Assembly: GCA_964359565.1 (NCBI GenBank)
Contig: CAYHTN010000001.1
Location: forward strand, 1-51,276
From: an uncultured Gammaproteobacteria bacterium
GTDB taxonomy: Bacteria > Patescibacteriota > Patescibacteriia > 2-12-FULL-60-25
Length of the DNA: 51,276 nucleotides
Direction of reading: 5' to 3'
Below the pieces are notes generated by a model that saw only the letters and a program-made list of their open reading frames with translations, had not been told where the DNA came from and made no database searches. This document shows positions 1 through 9,489 of the stretch, piece after piece (the first letter of the stretch is position 1; each line of letters begins with the position of its first letter). Position numbers and translations under genes: made by a program.

Positions 1-45
1 CCTACGATGTTTTCATATTTCGAGCCGGAAACGATCGAACCGGTA

Positions 46-696
46 TCAAGTCCGAGTCTGGCTCGCCCCCGTCTCTTTGGCCTCTTTCATAAATCGCTCG
101 ATCTCTGATTCGCTCCCCTGAAAAGGCCAGTCGTCACATTTTGTCAGACGCGTGCAAAAATCCATAAACGCTTCGCGATCGGCGAGGAGTGTCACGCCGA
201 GCGTCTCTGCCAAAGCCGTAAGCTCTTTACGATCGTTCTCGGCATGCGTCTCATCCGACATTTTTTCGAGTTCCAGATAGGCAAGACCGCTCGGACTCGA
301 AACAATCGAAGCAGTGATGCGCTCTCTCGCATAATTTGTGGTGACTCGCGAACCAACCTTATGAAACATATTGAGTGCACCAATAACACGTGCAAATGCA
401 GGAAGCATTGCTGGCTGAATCGGCGTACTCATTTCTTTTCGGTCATGCGCATGAACACCACCAATCTTCACCACCACTTCTGCTTCACCATTCGTAATAC
501 GACAACGAATATCCGTCTCCGCCGTGCCCCGATCCTCATCTTCAGCAATGCGACCAATCCGTCCAAAAGACATGAGCATCGTTCGATGAGCGACATTTTG
601 AATGATGAATCCTGCCTGAATGAGCCGAGCCGCAACTTCTTCTCTTTCTCGTGCTTGAATCTCTGCCCGAACTTCGAGCTCGATGGGATGCATCAT
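46..696 (-). CDS. CYTH-like (triphosphate tunnel) domain protein, tentative
   Basis: 216-aa ORF. The N-terminal IELEVRAEI resembles the ExExK opening strand of CYTH domains, and the sequence has a charged alternating beta-strand pattern. Recognition by eye only. Confidence 0.4.
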   Translation of the reverse strand: MMHPIELEVRAEIQAREREEVAARLIQAGFIIQNVAHRTMLMSFGRIGRIAEDEDRGTAETDIRCRITNGEAEVVVKIGGVHAHDRKEMSTPIQPAMLPAFARVIGALNMFHKVGSRVTTNYARERITASIVSSPSGLAYLELEKMSDETHAENDRKELTALAETLGVTLLADREAFMDFCTRLTKCDDWPFQGSESEIERFMKEAKETGASQTRT

Positions 697-791
697 ATTC
701 GCCCGAGTCTAGCGGGTTTTTTATGGTAGAGCAAAAGCGGACCTTGCGCGCTAGAAAAAAACAAAGAAATAGGCTAGGGTAGGTCCATTCC

Positions 792-1988
792 ATGGAGAAC
801 GAGATCAATATCAACACTCCGGCCGAAAGTGTCATCGCCGCGTACGGAACATCCTCCTCTCATCGTCTCACGCCACTTTTTATCGGCGTAGGAGCGCTTC
901 TTTTGAGTCTCCTCCTTTATTTCGGATTCTTTTGGATCTTAGCAGGTTCTCTGCGCCTCCCAGCACAAACCGCCTTCCTTGGGATCGTCTCTCCTCGTGC
1001 CCTACAAAACCAACTTTCCCCAGAGAGACGGTCCTCCCTTCCGGAAGTGTGGCGGCTCCAGACCGAGCATGCCTCACGCTGGCCAATTCTGTTCGGCGCC
1101 TATCGCGAAGAAGATACGTGGCAGTTTTTTGTCATCGGTCCACGTTGGAGCGTCAACGATCGTGAAGGACTCCTGATCGAAACATCGCGAGCAACGGCTC
1201 TTGTGACCAGCCGTTTGAGCGCAAGCACGACCGAAACCACCACTTATTTTTCTTGGTGGTGGAAAACGATGCGCCGTCCCTACGCCCTAGCGCAACTAGA
1301 AATTCGCCCCCACGTGCTAAGTTCAAGCTTTTTTCCTCCCACAGAAACCATGGAAGGCATCTTCTATCACGATCGATTGATGACGAACCTGAGCCCAATT
1401 GTCGCTGCGACGACCATAGAGTCTCCTGCTGGAGATGTCTTTCTTCGCTTCAATCCCGCTACTACCGGAACGGCGCGAGCTGCATTATTACAATCTTTAG
1501 ACCTAAACAATGATCGTTTTTCGCTCGCAAACCTTTCTCCTCAAAGTTTAAACCTCCGCTATAGCACCTCTGGAACTCTGTCACAGATTCAATTTACTAC
1601 TCCTGAAACCATGAGCTCCTCAACCAAGCGATCATTACTTGGCGCTCTTGGCTTTTCTAAAAAGGTGATCCTTTCCCTCCCAGATGGCTCTCTCCTCGCC
1701 GAACGGCAATTGCCCAGCGAACAAGAGCTTCGAACAACCTCCTCTTATAGAACCCCGGCCGGATCATTAGAGCTAACAGATACCTCCTTTGATCTTCAAA
1801 AAGAGACGACGAGTACCGAAGCGCAGGTGTCCCCCTGTCAGACAGGAACACTCATCGGACGATTTTCTCCCCATGTGATCCAACAATTACTTAGCGCTCT
1901 CGACCTTCCTTTTTTATCGAGCGGACAGGGAGTACAAATCTTGCAAGATCAAACCCGCGTCTTCGTCTGCCTAGAGGAACCCTCGTAA
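792..1988 (+). CDS. hypothetical membrane-anchored protein
   Basis: 398-aa ORF with one N-terminal hydrophobic helix (LTPLFIGVGALLLSLLLYFGFFWILAG). No recognisable catalytic motif. Confidence 0.6.
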   Translation: MENEININTPAESVIAAYGTSSSHRLTPLFIGVGALLLSLLLYFGFFWILAGSLRLPAQTAFLGIVSPRALQNQLSPERRSSLPEVWRLQTEHASRWPILFGAYREEDTWQFFVIGPRWSVNDREGLLIETSRATALVTSRLSASTTETTTYFSWWWKTMRRPYALAQLEIRPHVLSSSFFPPTETMEGIFYHDRLMTNLSPIVAATTIESPAGDVFLRFNPATTGTARAALLQSLDLNNDRFSLANLSPQSLNLRYSTSGTLSQIQFTTPETMSSSTKRSLLGALGFSKKVILSLPDGSLLAERQLPSEQELRTTSSYRTPAGSLELTDTSFDLQKETTSTEAQVSPCQTGTLIGRFSPHVIQQLLSALDLPFLSSGQGVQILQDQTRVFVCLEEPS

Positions 1989-1997
1989 TGAATGCCC

Positions 1998-2070
1998 TAA
2001 AACATTATCCACATGATGTGGATAATGTTTTATTTTGCTTCTAATAAGGCTTGTTTTATACTTATCCACA
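1998..2070. promoter_or_regulatory. three consensus DnaA boxes, two of them inside a 35-bp perfect palindrome
   Basis: TTATCCACA at 2005-2013 and 2062-2070; TGTGGATAA at 2017-2025. Positions 1998-2032 form a perfect palindrome (17-bp arms around G2015) followed by a T-rich run, so it could also act as a terminator hairpin for the 792..1988 ORF. Confidence 0.6.
2035..2062 (+). promoter_or_regulatory. candidate sigma70-like promoter (TTGCTT-16 nt-TATACT) overlapping the third DnaA box
   Basis: Hexamers read directly from the sequence. The predicted start near 2069-2071 would drive the ORF-free region downstream. No experimental support. Confidence 0.25.
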
Positions 2071-2863
2071 CCCAACCTTTGAGCCGCTTCCCTAAAAGGG
2101 ATACACTGGAGAAGTCCTCTGGATTCCGGTCCCAACCCGTGGCAGTCCCTGGACGCGTTCATTCCCGTTTCGATCCTTTAACAGCCGCTCACCTCACTTT
2201 GAGGTCCGCGACCGTCTTCAACGGTCTTGTCTCCGCATCTGCGGTCACAAACCACACGAGTGGGTTTTGAGTCAGCCATGCACTGGCTTAAGACGAACAC
2301 CTTCGTAGTGTCAGCACACAATTTTCGTGTCGTCCGCCCTTCGCGGTGAACGACGTGTCCGTACCTTTCCTTTGCCCCTGCATTCGCATCGGCGTCGCTC
2401 CTTACAATTCCGCTACACTCTTTGATGATTTAGAGGTTGACCCCACATGCGGGAGCCGTCTTCGGACGTTTTCCATGGGAGGCCAACAGCTTCTACTGGC
2501 TTTCTCTCCCGTTGTACTAGCCACGCTAGTCCCAAACGAAAAAGAGAAACAAAACGAGGTACTCGTGCCAGGGGGTCGCAAGACCTATTCACGCTGACGC
2601 TTCGCGCGCTCAGTTTGTCTCGCGCGTTTACCGGAAAGCCGGTTGACAGAATCTCGAGTAGAAAGCGGACTACATTCTTCTCGAGGACCGTACTCACGGT
2701 TTCGAACTTCGGTAAAGCTTCGTGCTTTTAGATCTCCTCGCGTGGTGGCGAGCGGTGATCGCACCTATCTTTCTATTGATTTTCTGAACCGAGCGTAAGC
2801 TAATACGGCCTTATATGCGCCGTATGCCGCTTCCCTTGCGTCCTCTACGGCGTGTTCTTTTTT
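2070..2863 (+). ncRNA. candidate large structured RNA of unknown class (boundaries approximate)
   Basis: About 0.8 kb with no credible ORF in any frame, in an otherwise tightly packed region. G+C is about 52% (31/60 at 2401-2460), against about 30% in the AT-rich spacers.
Many local hairpins are present:
- CGUC-UUCG-GACG at 2457-2468
- ACGAG-GUA-CUCGU at 2554-2566
- GGUC-GCAA-GACC at 2574-2585
- ACCGG-AAAG-CCGGU at about 2630-2643
- nested CTCGAG/GTAG..CTAC/CTCGAG at about 2653-2688
- CGCCGTA..TACGGCG plus a T-run at 2818-2863, a possible terminator. Confidence 0.3.
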
Positions 2864-2979
2864 ATGCTACAGTGAAGCTTAGGTAGATCGAATCGCATTT
2901 TCATGATTCTCTCCTCAAAGAAGAATCTCCCCTCCGCCCTTGCCTGAAATGCCGAAAAATCATACACTCTCCCAGATCT

Positions 2980-3366
2980 ATGCATTCCGCCGAATTTCTC
3001 CAACAGATGAACGAAAAGCTCCTCAAGATGCGGAAGCAGCTCGAGAGCGATCTTTCTGATGTCACTCAGAAGGATCTTCAACATCCAGGCCAACTGAATG
3101 CTGCCTATAACAGCGGCGCCGAGGGCGCTGACACTTCCGAAGATGATGTCTCTGAAAAAGTCTCTGCCTATGCCGACGAAGTCTCTCTCATGGGGGAACT
3201 CGAAACCCAGCTCCGTGACGTTCAGAAGGCTCTTGAAGCCATCACAAAAGGAACCTACGGGGTTTGCAAATACTGCAATAAAGATATCGACATGAAGCGC
3301 CTAGAGGCACGTCCTTCATCTTCTTCGTGTATCTCGTGTAAGAAACTCTTTACCCAAGAATTGTAG
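2980..3366 (+). CDS. DksA/TraR-family C4 zinc-finger protein
   Basis: 128 aa with an acidic coiled-coil N-terminus and a C-terminal CxxC-x17-CxxC (CKYCNKDIDMKRLEARPSSSSCISC). Confidence 0.75.
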   Translation: MHSAEFLQQMNEKLLKMRKQLESDLSDVTQKDLQHPGQLNAAYNSGAEGADTSEDDVSEKVSAYADEVSLMGELETQLRDVQKALEAITKGTYGVCKYCNKDIDMKRLEARPSSSSCISCKKLFTQEL

Positions 3367-3371
3367 TTTTC

Positions 3372-3833
3372 ATGCGCCGTGCGTACGCCTCCTTCTTTTT
3401 AGGCGTAGCGACCGCGCTCGTAACCTTTGCCGTTGATCAACTCGCAAAAATGCGTTGGCTCACCCCGCCTGAGAGCCCCGCGGGTTTTTGGCATCTACAT
3501 GGTTGGGTTCAGTCGGTCATTCATGAGAATCACGGCATTACGTTCAATCTCCCTCTTCCAAACATCTTGATACTCCTCGTTACCCTCGCTGCTCTTGGAT
3601 GGATCCTGCATGAGAGTTGGCGTGAAGGAAAACAAGGACATATTCTTCGTCTTTTTTTTCTTGGCCTCATTCTTGGGGGCGCGCTCGGGAATGCGTACGA
3701 CCGTCTCATCTTTGGATACGTCCGTGATTGGCTTCTCCTATGGCACCGTTCCGCAATTAATTTTGCTGATATCAGTATCCTCGTGGGTGCAGTTGGGTAT
3801 TTTGTAGATCGATTCCGCTCTTCGAGAGCGTAG
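3372..3833 (+). CDS. lspA: lipoprotein signal peptidase II
   Basis: 153 aa with four hydrophobic segments. Carries the LspA motifs GGALGNAYDRL, GYVRDW and INFADISI. Confidence 0.85.
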   Translation: MRRAYASFFLGVATALVTFAVDQLAKMRWLTPPESPAGFWHLHGWVQSVIHENHGITFNLPLPNILILLVTLAALGWILHESWREGKQGHILRLFFLGLILGGALGNAYDRLIFGYVRDWLLLWHRSAINFADISILVGAVGYFVDRFRSSRA

Positions 3834-3877
3834 CTCCTCTCTTGCACCATTCTCCAAAATGTGGAACGGGGTAGAGT

Positions 3878-5410
3878 ATGACCTCGCACGTTCATACCGG
3901 ATCGATCATCGGGCTCGAAGCCCATCGTGTTGATGTCGAAGCAGATATCTCTCCGGGCTTACCGAACTTTTTTATCGTTGGTCTCCCTGATACCGCGATT
4001 CAAGAAGCGCGAGAACGAATTCGTAGTGCACTCCGACATACCGGTCTCACGCTACCAAAAACCCGCGTCACGATTAATCTTGCACCGGCACATCTAAAAA
4101 AGGTCGGTACCCTGTATGACCTCCCGATCGCTCTTGCTCTTCTTCATGCGGATGGATCGTTGTCAGAATCTTTTCCAAAAAATATCTTGGTTGCGGGCGA
4201 ACTGGCTCTCGACGGTTCCGTGCGACCAATTCAGGGCGCGCTCTCGCTCGCGTTACTCGCACGAAGAGAAAACTACGACGCCCTTATCATTCCCGAAGCC
4301 AATGCCCGTGAAGCGGCACTTGCAAACGGACTCACCGTGTACGCGGCAGGACATCTTCATCAAATTCTTCAACATTTGCGCGGAGTTCGCTCTCTTCCGA
4401 TCGCCTCTCCTCCGACACGATCAACCGATGCGCTCCCTCGCTTCGAACACTACAATTTTTCTGCTATTCGCGGCCAAGAACAAGCCCGTCGCGCCCTTGA
4501 GATCGCTGCTGCTGGCGGACATAACGTCCTCATGCAGGGACCACCCGGATCCGGGAAAACCCTTCTCGCTCGAAGCCTTCCTAGTATCCTGCCTCTCCTC
4601 AGCGATGAAGAAACGGTCGATGCAACGCGCATTCATTCGGTCGCTGGGACATTGTCTCCTAACGAAATTCTGGAATTGCGTCCGTTTCGAGCTCCGCATC
4701 ATAGTGCGAGCATGGCGTCCCTCATCGGCGGAGGGAGCATCCCTCGACCAGGAGAGATTTCGCTCGCACATCGTGGCGTGTTATTTCTGGATGAATTCTT
4801 AGAATTCCCCCGTACCGTGCTCGAAAGTCTGCGCCAGCCTCTTGAAGACGGATTTGTGAGCGTGAGCCGCGCTCAAGGAACGATTCAATTCCCTGCACGA
4901 TTTATTTTGATCGCCGCCATGAATCCTTGCCCCTGTGGGTTTGCAAGTGATCCGGACCAACGCTGTATTTGCACTACTTGGCAACGAGAAAAATATTACA
5001 AACGCTTGAGCGGACCTCTCCTTGATCGCATGGATCTTTGTCTGGAAGTGCCAAAAGTAAAAACGAGCGAACTCCTTTCACTTGCGCCCGCCGAAGAGAG
5101 CGAAGCGATTCGCCTGCGTGTCCAAGCTGCGCGCGATCGGCAGGCGGCACGTACAAAAATAACCGGCGTCCTCACGAATGCAGAATTACGCAGCATGCAC
5201 TTACGAACAGCTCTTCATCTAGATCAGGATGCTCAAGCAGTCCTCACCTGTGCGATCGAACGCTACCATTTATCGGGACGAGCCTACACACGTACACTGA
5301 AAGTAGCCCAAACCATTGCAGATCTTGCCGAAGAAGATGTCATTTCAGCCACTCATATCGCCGAAGCGCTCCTCTATCGCAAACTAACGGGAACGCCTCT
5401 TCGGGATTGA
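3878..5410 (+). CDS. comM: YifB/ComM-family Mg-chelatase-like AAA+ ATPase
   Basis: 510 aa: Lon-protease-like N-domain, Walker A GPPGSGKT, Walker B VLFLDE, a Cys cluster CPCG..C.C, and a C-terminal Mg-chelatase subunit ChlI-like tail. Confidence 0.9.
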   Translation: MTSHVHTGSIIGLEAHRVDVEADISPGLPNFFIVGLPDTAIQEARERIRSALRHTGLTLPKTRVTINLAPAHLKKVGTLYDLPIALALLHADGSLSESFPKNILVAGELALDGSVRPIQGALSLALLARRENYDALIIPEANAREAALANGLTVYAAGHLHQILQHLRGVRSLPIASPPTRSTDALPRFEHYNFSAIRGQEQARRALEIAAAGGHNVLMQGPPGSGKTLLARSLPSILPLLSDEETVDATRIHSVAGTLSPNEILELRPFRAPHHSASMASLIGGGSIPRPGEISLAHRGVLFLDEFLEFPRTVLESLRQPLEDGFVSVSRAQGTIQFPARFILIAAMNPCPCGFASDPDQRCICTTWQREKYYKRLSGPLLDRMDLCLEVPKVKTSELLSLAPAEESEAIRLRVQAARDRQAARTKITGVLTNAELRSMHLRTALHLDQDAQAVLTCAIERYHLSGRAYTRTLKVAQTIADLAEEDVISATHIAEALLYRKLTGTPLRD

Positions 5411-5523
5411 CAAAAAGGCTAAAAAAGGGTACTCTATTTCTCACGTTGGAATTCTAAATACACTGCGAACCTTAGCGGAAATTATACGTTTGAGCCCGGC
5501 CTGTTTAGCTCCTGCTGCTTTGA

Positions 5524-7077
5524 TTGATGCTAGACGCTACCGCTCGAACAAAGAGGTCTTCTATTCCTATCAAACATCACATCACATACGTCTTTGCCAC
5601 GCTCCTCCTCGGCTTCATCCGAGGACTAAAGGCATGTGCGTATGTTTTGAAACCGATGTTTCGCATCCTCGGCCTCGTCATTTGGCCGATCGCACGTGTT
5701 TTGAGCCGTTTCGTTATCCTGCCCATCTACAGCATTTTCTTGATGGCAAAAATTCGTCTTGAAAGAACAGTTGTGTCCGCTCGTGGGCTTGTCTTCTTCG
5801 TCTTCACGAATCGCTACGTTTCTCACGTTCTTTTGTTCGCGATCGCTGTTGGAACCGTTGGTTCCCAACTCATGACACAACAAGCCTCCGCCCAAGATGC
5901 TGGACAAAACAGCCTTTTATACACACTTGTCACGCGCGGCCAAGAAGATTTCATCGAAGAATCCATTAGCCCAGGCCTCGCTCTGGCCGATGTCCACCAC
6001 TTAGGAGCAGATACTATCCAAACGATGCCTGGTATCGACTACGATTATGAGTCGTTCGACGAAACTCCGGTTGATCTAGGAATCAGTGGAACGATCGCCA
6101 TTCGCCCTCAGTCTGAGTTTCCGGCATTGCCTTCAGAAGAAACGTTTGAGACCACTGAAGATCCTGACCTCGTCGTTCCAACCACGCCCGTCACTCCTCG
6201 GAAGGATACAGAAACGTATGTCGTAAAAAGCGGCGATACGGTTGCCTCAATTGCGCGACGCTATGGGGTAAACGTCGGAACAATTCAATGGGCTAACAAT
6301 TTGAATCGCACAAGTTCAATCAAACCCGGTGACGCCCTCCGCATTCCTGCTGCTTCGGGCGTTCTCTATACCGTGAAACGAGGCGATACGATTCAACGTT
6401 TAGCTCAACTCTATGGCGTCGACGCGGCTCGTATCAGCGCGAGTAATCACTTGAGCGCTCGCGCCACTCTTTCAGTCGGAAAAGAAATCTTGATTCCGGA
6501 TGCAACCCCACAACTCGCGACTACCCAAACACCTACGGCTCGTCTTACCGCGACTACTCCAAGCGTGATCTCTCCTAAAGTCAGTGCGAAGGTCGCCGTA
6601 AAACCAGATATCCCTCTTTCGCGCATCCGAAACAAAGCCGTTGATGTCTATCAAGAACTGGCCGATGAGAAATCAGACACACGTGAAAAACCATCGGACG
6701 CTTCAAATTCCACCCGCTCTCGCTTACTCTGGCCGACACACTTACGTGTGATCAACCAATACTGGGGCTATCAACACACCGGTATCGACATTGACGGAGA
6801 TTACACCGACCCGATCTACGCTTCTGACGATGGTGTCGTCGAACAAGCGGGGTGGAACAACGGTGGCTACGGTCTCATGATCCTCATCGATCACGGCAAT
6901 GGCTTCCGCACGCGCTACGCCCACGCTTCTAAAATGTTCGTGAAAGCCGGAGACAAGGTCAAACGTGGTCAAACGATCGCTATGGTTGGAACCACCGGAC
7001 GCTCAACCGGAACCCACTTGCACTACGAAGTGTACGTCAACGGCCGACGCGCTAATCCTCTCACCTATATTCGCTAG
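5524..7077 (+). CDS. membrane-anchored LysM(x2)/M23 peptidoglycan metallopeptidase
   Basis: N-terminal TM helices; two LysM repeats (YVVKSGDTVASIARRYGV..., YTVKRGDTIQRLAQLYGV...); M23 motifs HTGIDID, IDHGNGFRTRYAH and GRSTGTHLHYE. An ATG at 5527 is an alternative start. Confidence 0.9.
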   Translation: MMLDATARTKRSSIPIKHHITYVFATLLLGFIRGLKACAYVLKPMFRILGLVIWPIARVLSRFVILPIYSIFLMAKIRLERTVVSARGLVFFVFTNRYVSHVLLFAIAVGTVGSQLMTQQASAQDAGQNSLLYTLVTRGQEDFIEESISPGLALADVHHLGADTIQTMPGIDYDYESFDETPVDLGISGTIAIRPQSEFPALPSEETFETTEDPDLVVPTTPVTPRKDTETYVVKSGDTVASIARRYGVNVGTIQWANNLNRTSSIKPGDALRIPAASGVLYTVKRGDTIQRLAQLYGVDAARISASNHLSARATLSVGKEILIPDATPQLATTQTPTARLTATTPSVISPKVSAKVAVKPDIPLSRIRNKAVDVYQELADEKSDTREKPSDASNSTRSRLLWPTHLRVINQYWGYQHTGIDIDGDYTDPIYASDDGVVEQAGWNNGGYGLMILIDHGNGFRTRYAHASKMFVKAGDKVKRGQTIAMVGTTGRSTGTHLHYEVYVNGRRANPLTYIR

Positions 7078-7085
7078 CATACGAA

Positions 7086-7120
7086 AGAAGCGTCTCCAAA
7101 CGGAGACGCTTCTGCGTTTT
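7086..7120 (+). terminator. rho-independent terminator after the M23 peptidase gene
   Basis: 12-bp stem AGAAGCGTCTCC/GGAGACGCTTCT with loop AAAC, followed by GCGTTTT. Confidence 0.7.
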
Positions 7121-7193
7121 AGATCAGAGCGAGTAACGTTGACGATAGACCCTCCATTTGATACGCTCTGGCCACAAATTTAGAGTCCTATAT

Positions 7194-7269
7194 GGGCTGT
7201 TAGCTCAGCTGGTAGAGCGCTTCCATGGCATGGAAGAGGTCAACGGTTCGATCCCGTTACAGTCCACCA
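7194..7269 (+). tRNA. tRNA-Ala(GGC), CCA encoded
   Basis: 76-nt cloverleaf folded by hand: acceptor GGGCTGT/ACAGTCC with the G3:U70 Ala identity pair, anticodon loop AUGGCAU, T-loop TTCGATC, 3' ACCA. Confidence 0.9.
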
Positions 7270-7274
7270 CACTG

Positions 7275-7304
7275 AAAACCGAGGTTACAAAAGCCTCGGT
7301 TTTT
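7275..7304. terminator. bidirectional hairpin terminator shared by tRNA-Ala and the recombinase gene
   Basis: Stem ACCGAGG/CCTCGGT flanked by AAAA on the left and TTTT on the right. The recombinase stop codon overlaps the T-run. Confidence 0.6.
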
Positions 7305-8850
7305 AGGTACTTTTTGATATATTGGCATCGTTTGCGTCAGAGAGACCAGACTGAAAATTTGGAAGTTCTGCACGATATTGAAAGGGAGTTTTTAGCTGAG
7401 GGACTACGGTTTTGTCTTTGATGAGGATGTCTGAACAGGTTCGCGTCAGAATCTTCCGCTTGAAATAGTCATCTCCCTCACGAAATTCTTGACCAAGTTT
7501 GAGTCCGTTTTGTTTCTTCTCGTCTCTGAGCGCACGCCAGGCATTGAGCTTCTCCAAAGGTTCAGCTAAAGCTTCTCGGAAGTGAGCAATCTGAGCGATC
7601 TGATTGATTCGTCTCACTTTGTACTCCTCCACCGTGAGGTAGTCCTTGAGCACGAGATCGGTCAACCTCACAAGTCCCACTTCAGCTCGGGCGAGCTGCT
7701 CCTTGGCTTTCCGCGCTACCTTTTCAGGGGAGAGTTCATCCTCCCCAGCCCACCAGGCCATCGCTTCAAAGGCCCAGTCTCGGACGGTGGGATCGATAGT
7801 CACACGATCAAGGGCTTCGGTCATCGCCTGGGTGATGTCTTGCTCTCGAACCTCTTGCTCGGGGCAAATGTATTGTCCTTTTTTTCGACGATCGCAGCGA
7901 TAGTAAATGTAGGTGCGGCCATGCTTCTCATGGCGCTCACCGACTACTTCGCGACCGCAGGAGCCGCAATGAAGCAGATGATGGTACAGGAACTCATGTT
8001 TTGGTTTGGGAATATTTGAAGCATGTTTCCCGTCCAGGAGACCCTGGACCTTCTGAAATTCCTCCCATGTCACGATGGGAGGATGTTCACCTTTGTAGAG
8101 CTCGTTTCCTCGCTTGATCTTTCCGGCATAGAAGGGATTGCGTAGAAGACCATAGATCATGGTGAGACCAATGGGGTGAGCAAGAATCCCCTTGGTCGGT
8201 CTGACGGTCAGTCCCCACTCATCCCTAGCTTTTCGCCAAAGATCGGTGACATTCAAACGATCGCACGAGATTGCTTCCCTCCAGAGCTTGTTCACAAGCT
8301 CGAATCGTTCCGGGTCTGGAATGACTGTGCCTGCTCCAGGAGTAAGCTCATGTTCGTGGGTCTTTATGTATCCCAATGGCACTGGTCCTGGAATCTTTCC
8401 CTTCCTCAGAACATTCTGATTCCCTCGACGAACCGCAGAAGAGAGGTCGTCGCTATATTTGGTCGCAGCACCGAACAAGAGCACTAACATGAATTTGGAA
8501 TCTGAGGCGCTGGTATAGGTGCTTTCAGGAGTCATGATTTCTTTGAGATGGCCTTCGGACAGGTGATAGATGATTTCACCTCCGTCGACCATGTTCCTGG
8601 CAAGGCGGTCAGGTCGCCAAACGAGGAGTCCATGAACTTCCCCAGAACGAATCCGCTTCATGAGCTTGTCGAAGATAGGTCGGCCTGGATCTTTGGCTGA
8701 AGCGCTCTCGACATATTCCTCGTCGATCTTGATGCCACGACTCGTTGCCAGTTCTCGAAGAACATCGAGCTGCTGTTCGATCGAGAGGGCTTGGTGCTCA
8801 TCGTCGTCGGAGGAGCGACGGGCGTAGAGGAGGTAAATGGGGGAGGGCAT
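7303..8850 (-). CDS. large serine recombinase (resolvase/invertase N-domain + recombinase domain + zinc ribbon)
   Basis: 515 aa. The N-terminal YARRSSDDDEHQALSIEQQ carries the catalytic Ser context, followed by LLVWRPDRLARN, a Cys4 ribbon (HCGSCG...YYRCDRR...CP) and a C-terminal coiled coil. Confidence 0.9.
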   Translation of the reverse strand: MPSPIYLLYARRSSDDDEHQALSIEQQLDVLRELATSRGIKIDEEYVESASAKDPGRPIFDKLMKRIRSGEVHGLLVWRPDRLARNMVDGGEIIYHLSEGHLKEIMTPESTYTSASDSKFMLVLLFGAATKYSDDLSSAVRRGNQNVLRKGKIPGPVPLGYIKTHEHELTPGAGTVIPDPERFELVNKLWREAISCDRLNVTDLWRKARDEWGLTVRPTKGILAHPIGLTMIYGLLRNPFYAGKIKRGNELYKGEHPPIVTWEEFQKVQGLLDGKHASNIPKPKHEFLYHHLLHCGSCGREVVGERHEKHGRTYIYYRCDRRKKGQYICPEQEVREQDITQAMTEALDRVTIDPTVRDWAFEAMAWWAGEDELSPEKVARKAKEQLARAEVGLVRLTDLVLKDYLTVEEYKVRRINQIAQIAHFREALAEPLEKLNAWRALRDEKKQNGLKLGQEFREGDDYFKRKILTRTCSDILIKDKTVVPQLKTPFQYRAELPNFQSGLSDANDANISKST

Positions 8851-8958
8851 ATTGGTGGGAACTGGTTGCCGAGTTTGTGTTCTATTCTTGTTCTATGGTA
8901 ACATAGTCTTAGCTCAATCATTCGGAAGCAGCTCTAGTCTTCTCCAGAATGATGCTAC

Positions 8959-9489
8959 ATGTCTCTCCTCATGCTGAAACGAAAACGACGCACGACCATC
9001 TCAGACATGGTCCACTCACTGCTCAAGGCAGAGGTAACGAATATCTGCCCGCTCTGTGGCAAATTTGAGCGTACAAGTCAGGAGTTCACTGCTCATCACA
9101 TTAACCACGATTCAAGTGTGTCGGAGTTTTGGAACCTCATTCGAATTTGTAGGGAGTGCCATGATGATCTGACGGAGAATAAGCAGGATGGAGTACGAGA
9201 AAAGCGTGTCAAAGAAGTGAAGAAGCAGTTGTTCAGAACCCACTTTGGGCCAGATGCGTGCAACGCCCTGGTTCTTGCTGCTGAAAACGACAAGGTTACG
9301 TGTTCGCCGGTTACGGCTCTTATGCTAGTGCGAAGAGGGTATGTGAAGATGTTTCGGGAGAATATTTTGACAGTCGGACCTGCCACGAACGTGTCGACTT
9401 TTGACATATATGAGATCACGCCAGCGGGTCAGGTTGTCGTTGAGAGGCTGAGACTGGCATCAATGTTTGGAGCACAAGAAAAGTTCTAA
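8959..9489 (+). CDS. HNH-motif nuclease-like protein
   Basis: 176 aa with CPLCG...HHINHD...N..RICRECH, a CxxC/HH/N/CxxCH arrangement typical of HNH. Divergent from the recombinase gene. Confidence 0.6.
   Translation: MSLLMLKRKRRTTISDMVHSLLKAEVTNICPLCGKFERTSQEFTAHHINHDSSVSEFWNLIRICRECHDDLTENKQDGVREKRVKEVKKQLFRTHFGPDACNALVLAAENDKVTCSPVTALMLVRRGYVKMFRENILTVGPATNVSTFDIYEITPAGQVVVERLRLASMFGAQEKF

Noticed and set aside
2108-2177. RNase P RNA or tmRNA identity for the 2.07-2.86 kb ORF-free region
   Set aside because: GGAGAAGTCC (2108-2117) is only a near-match to the P4 GAGGAAAGUCC, and no complementary 3' P4 strand or ACAGAA-CCGGCUUA element follows. AGGATCGAAACGGG on the minus strand resembles a tmRNA 5' region, but the required acceptor partner would fall inside the 792..1988 ORF and no ...ACCA partner exists. 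The region is kept only as an RNA of unknown class.
4116-4802. 228-aa + ORF inside comM in another frame
   Set aside because: It is fully embedded in the ComM/YifB gene, which has Walker motifs in its own frame. There is no independent support.
7158-7421. 87-aa + ORF, together with the 79-aa minus ORF at 32674..32913
   Set aside because: Each is translated straight through a tRNA gene (Ala-GGC and Ala-CGC respectively). Spurious.
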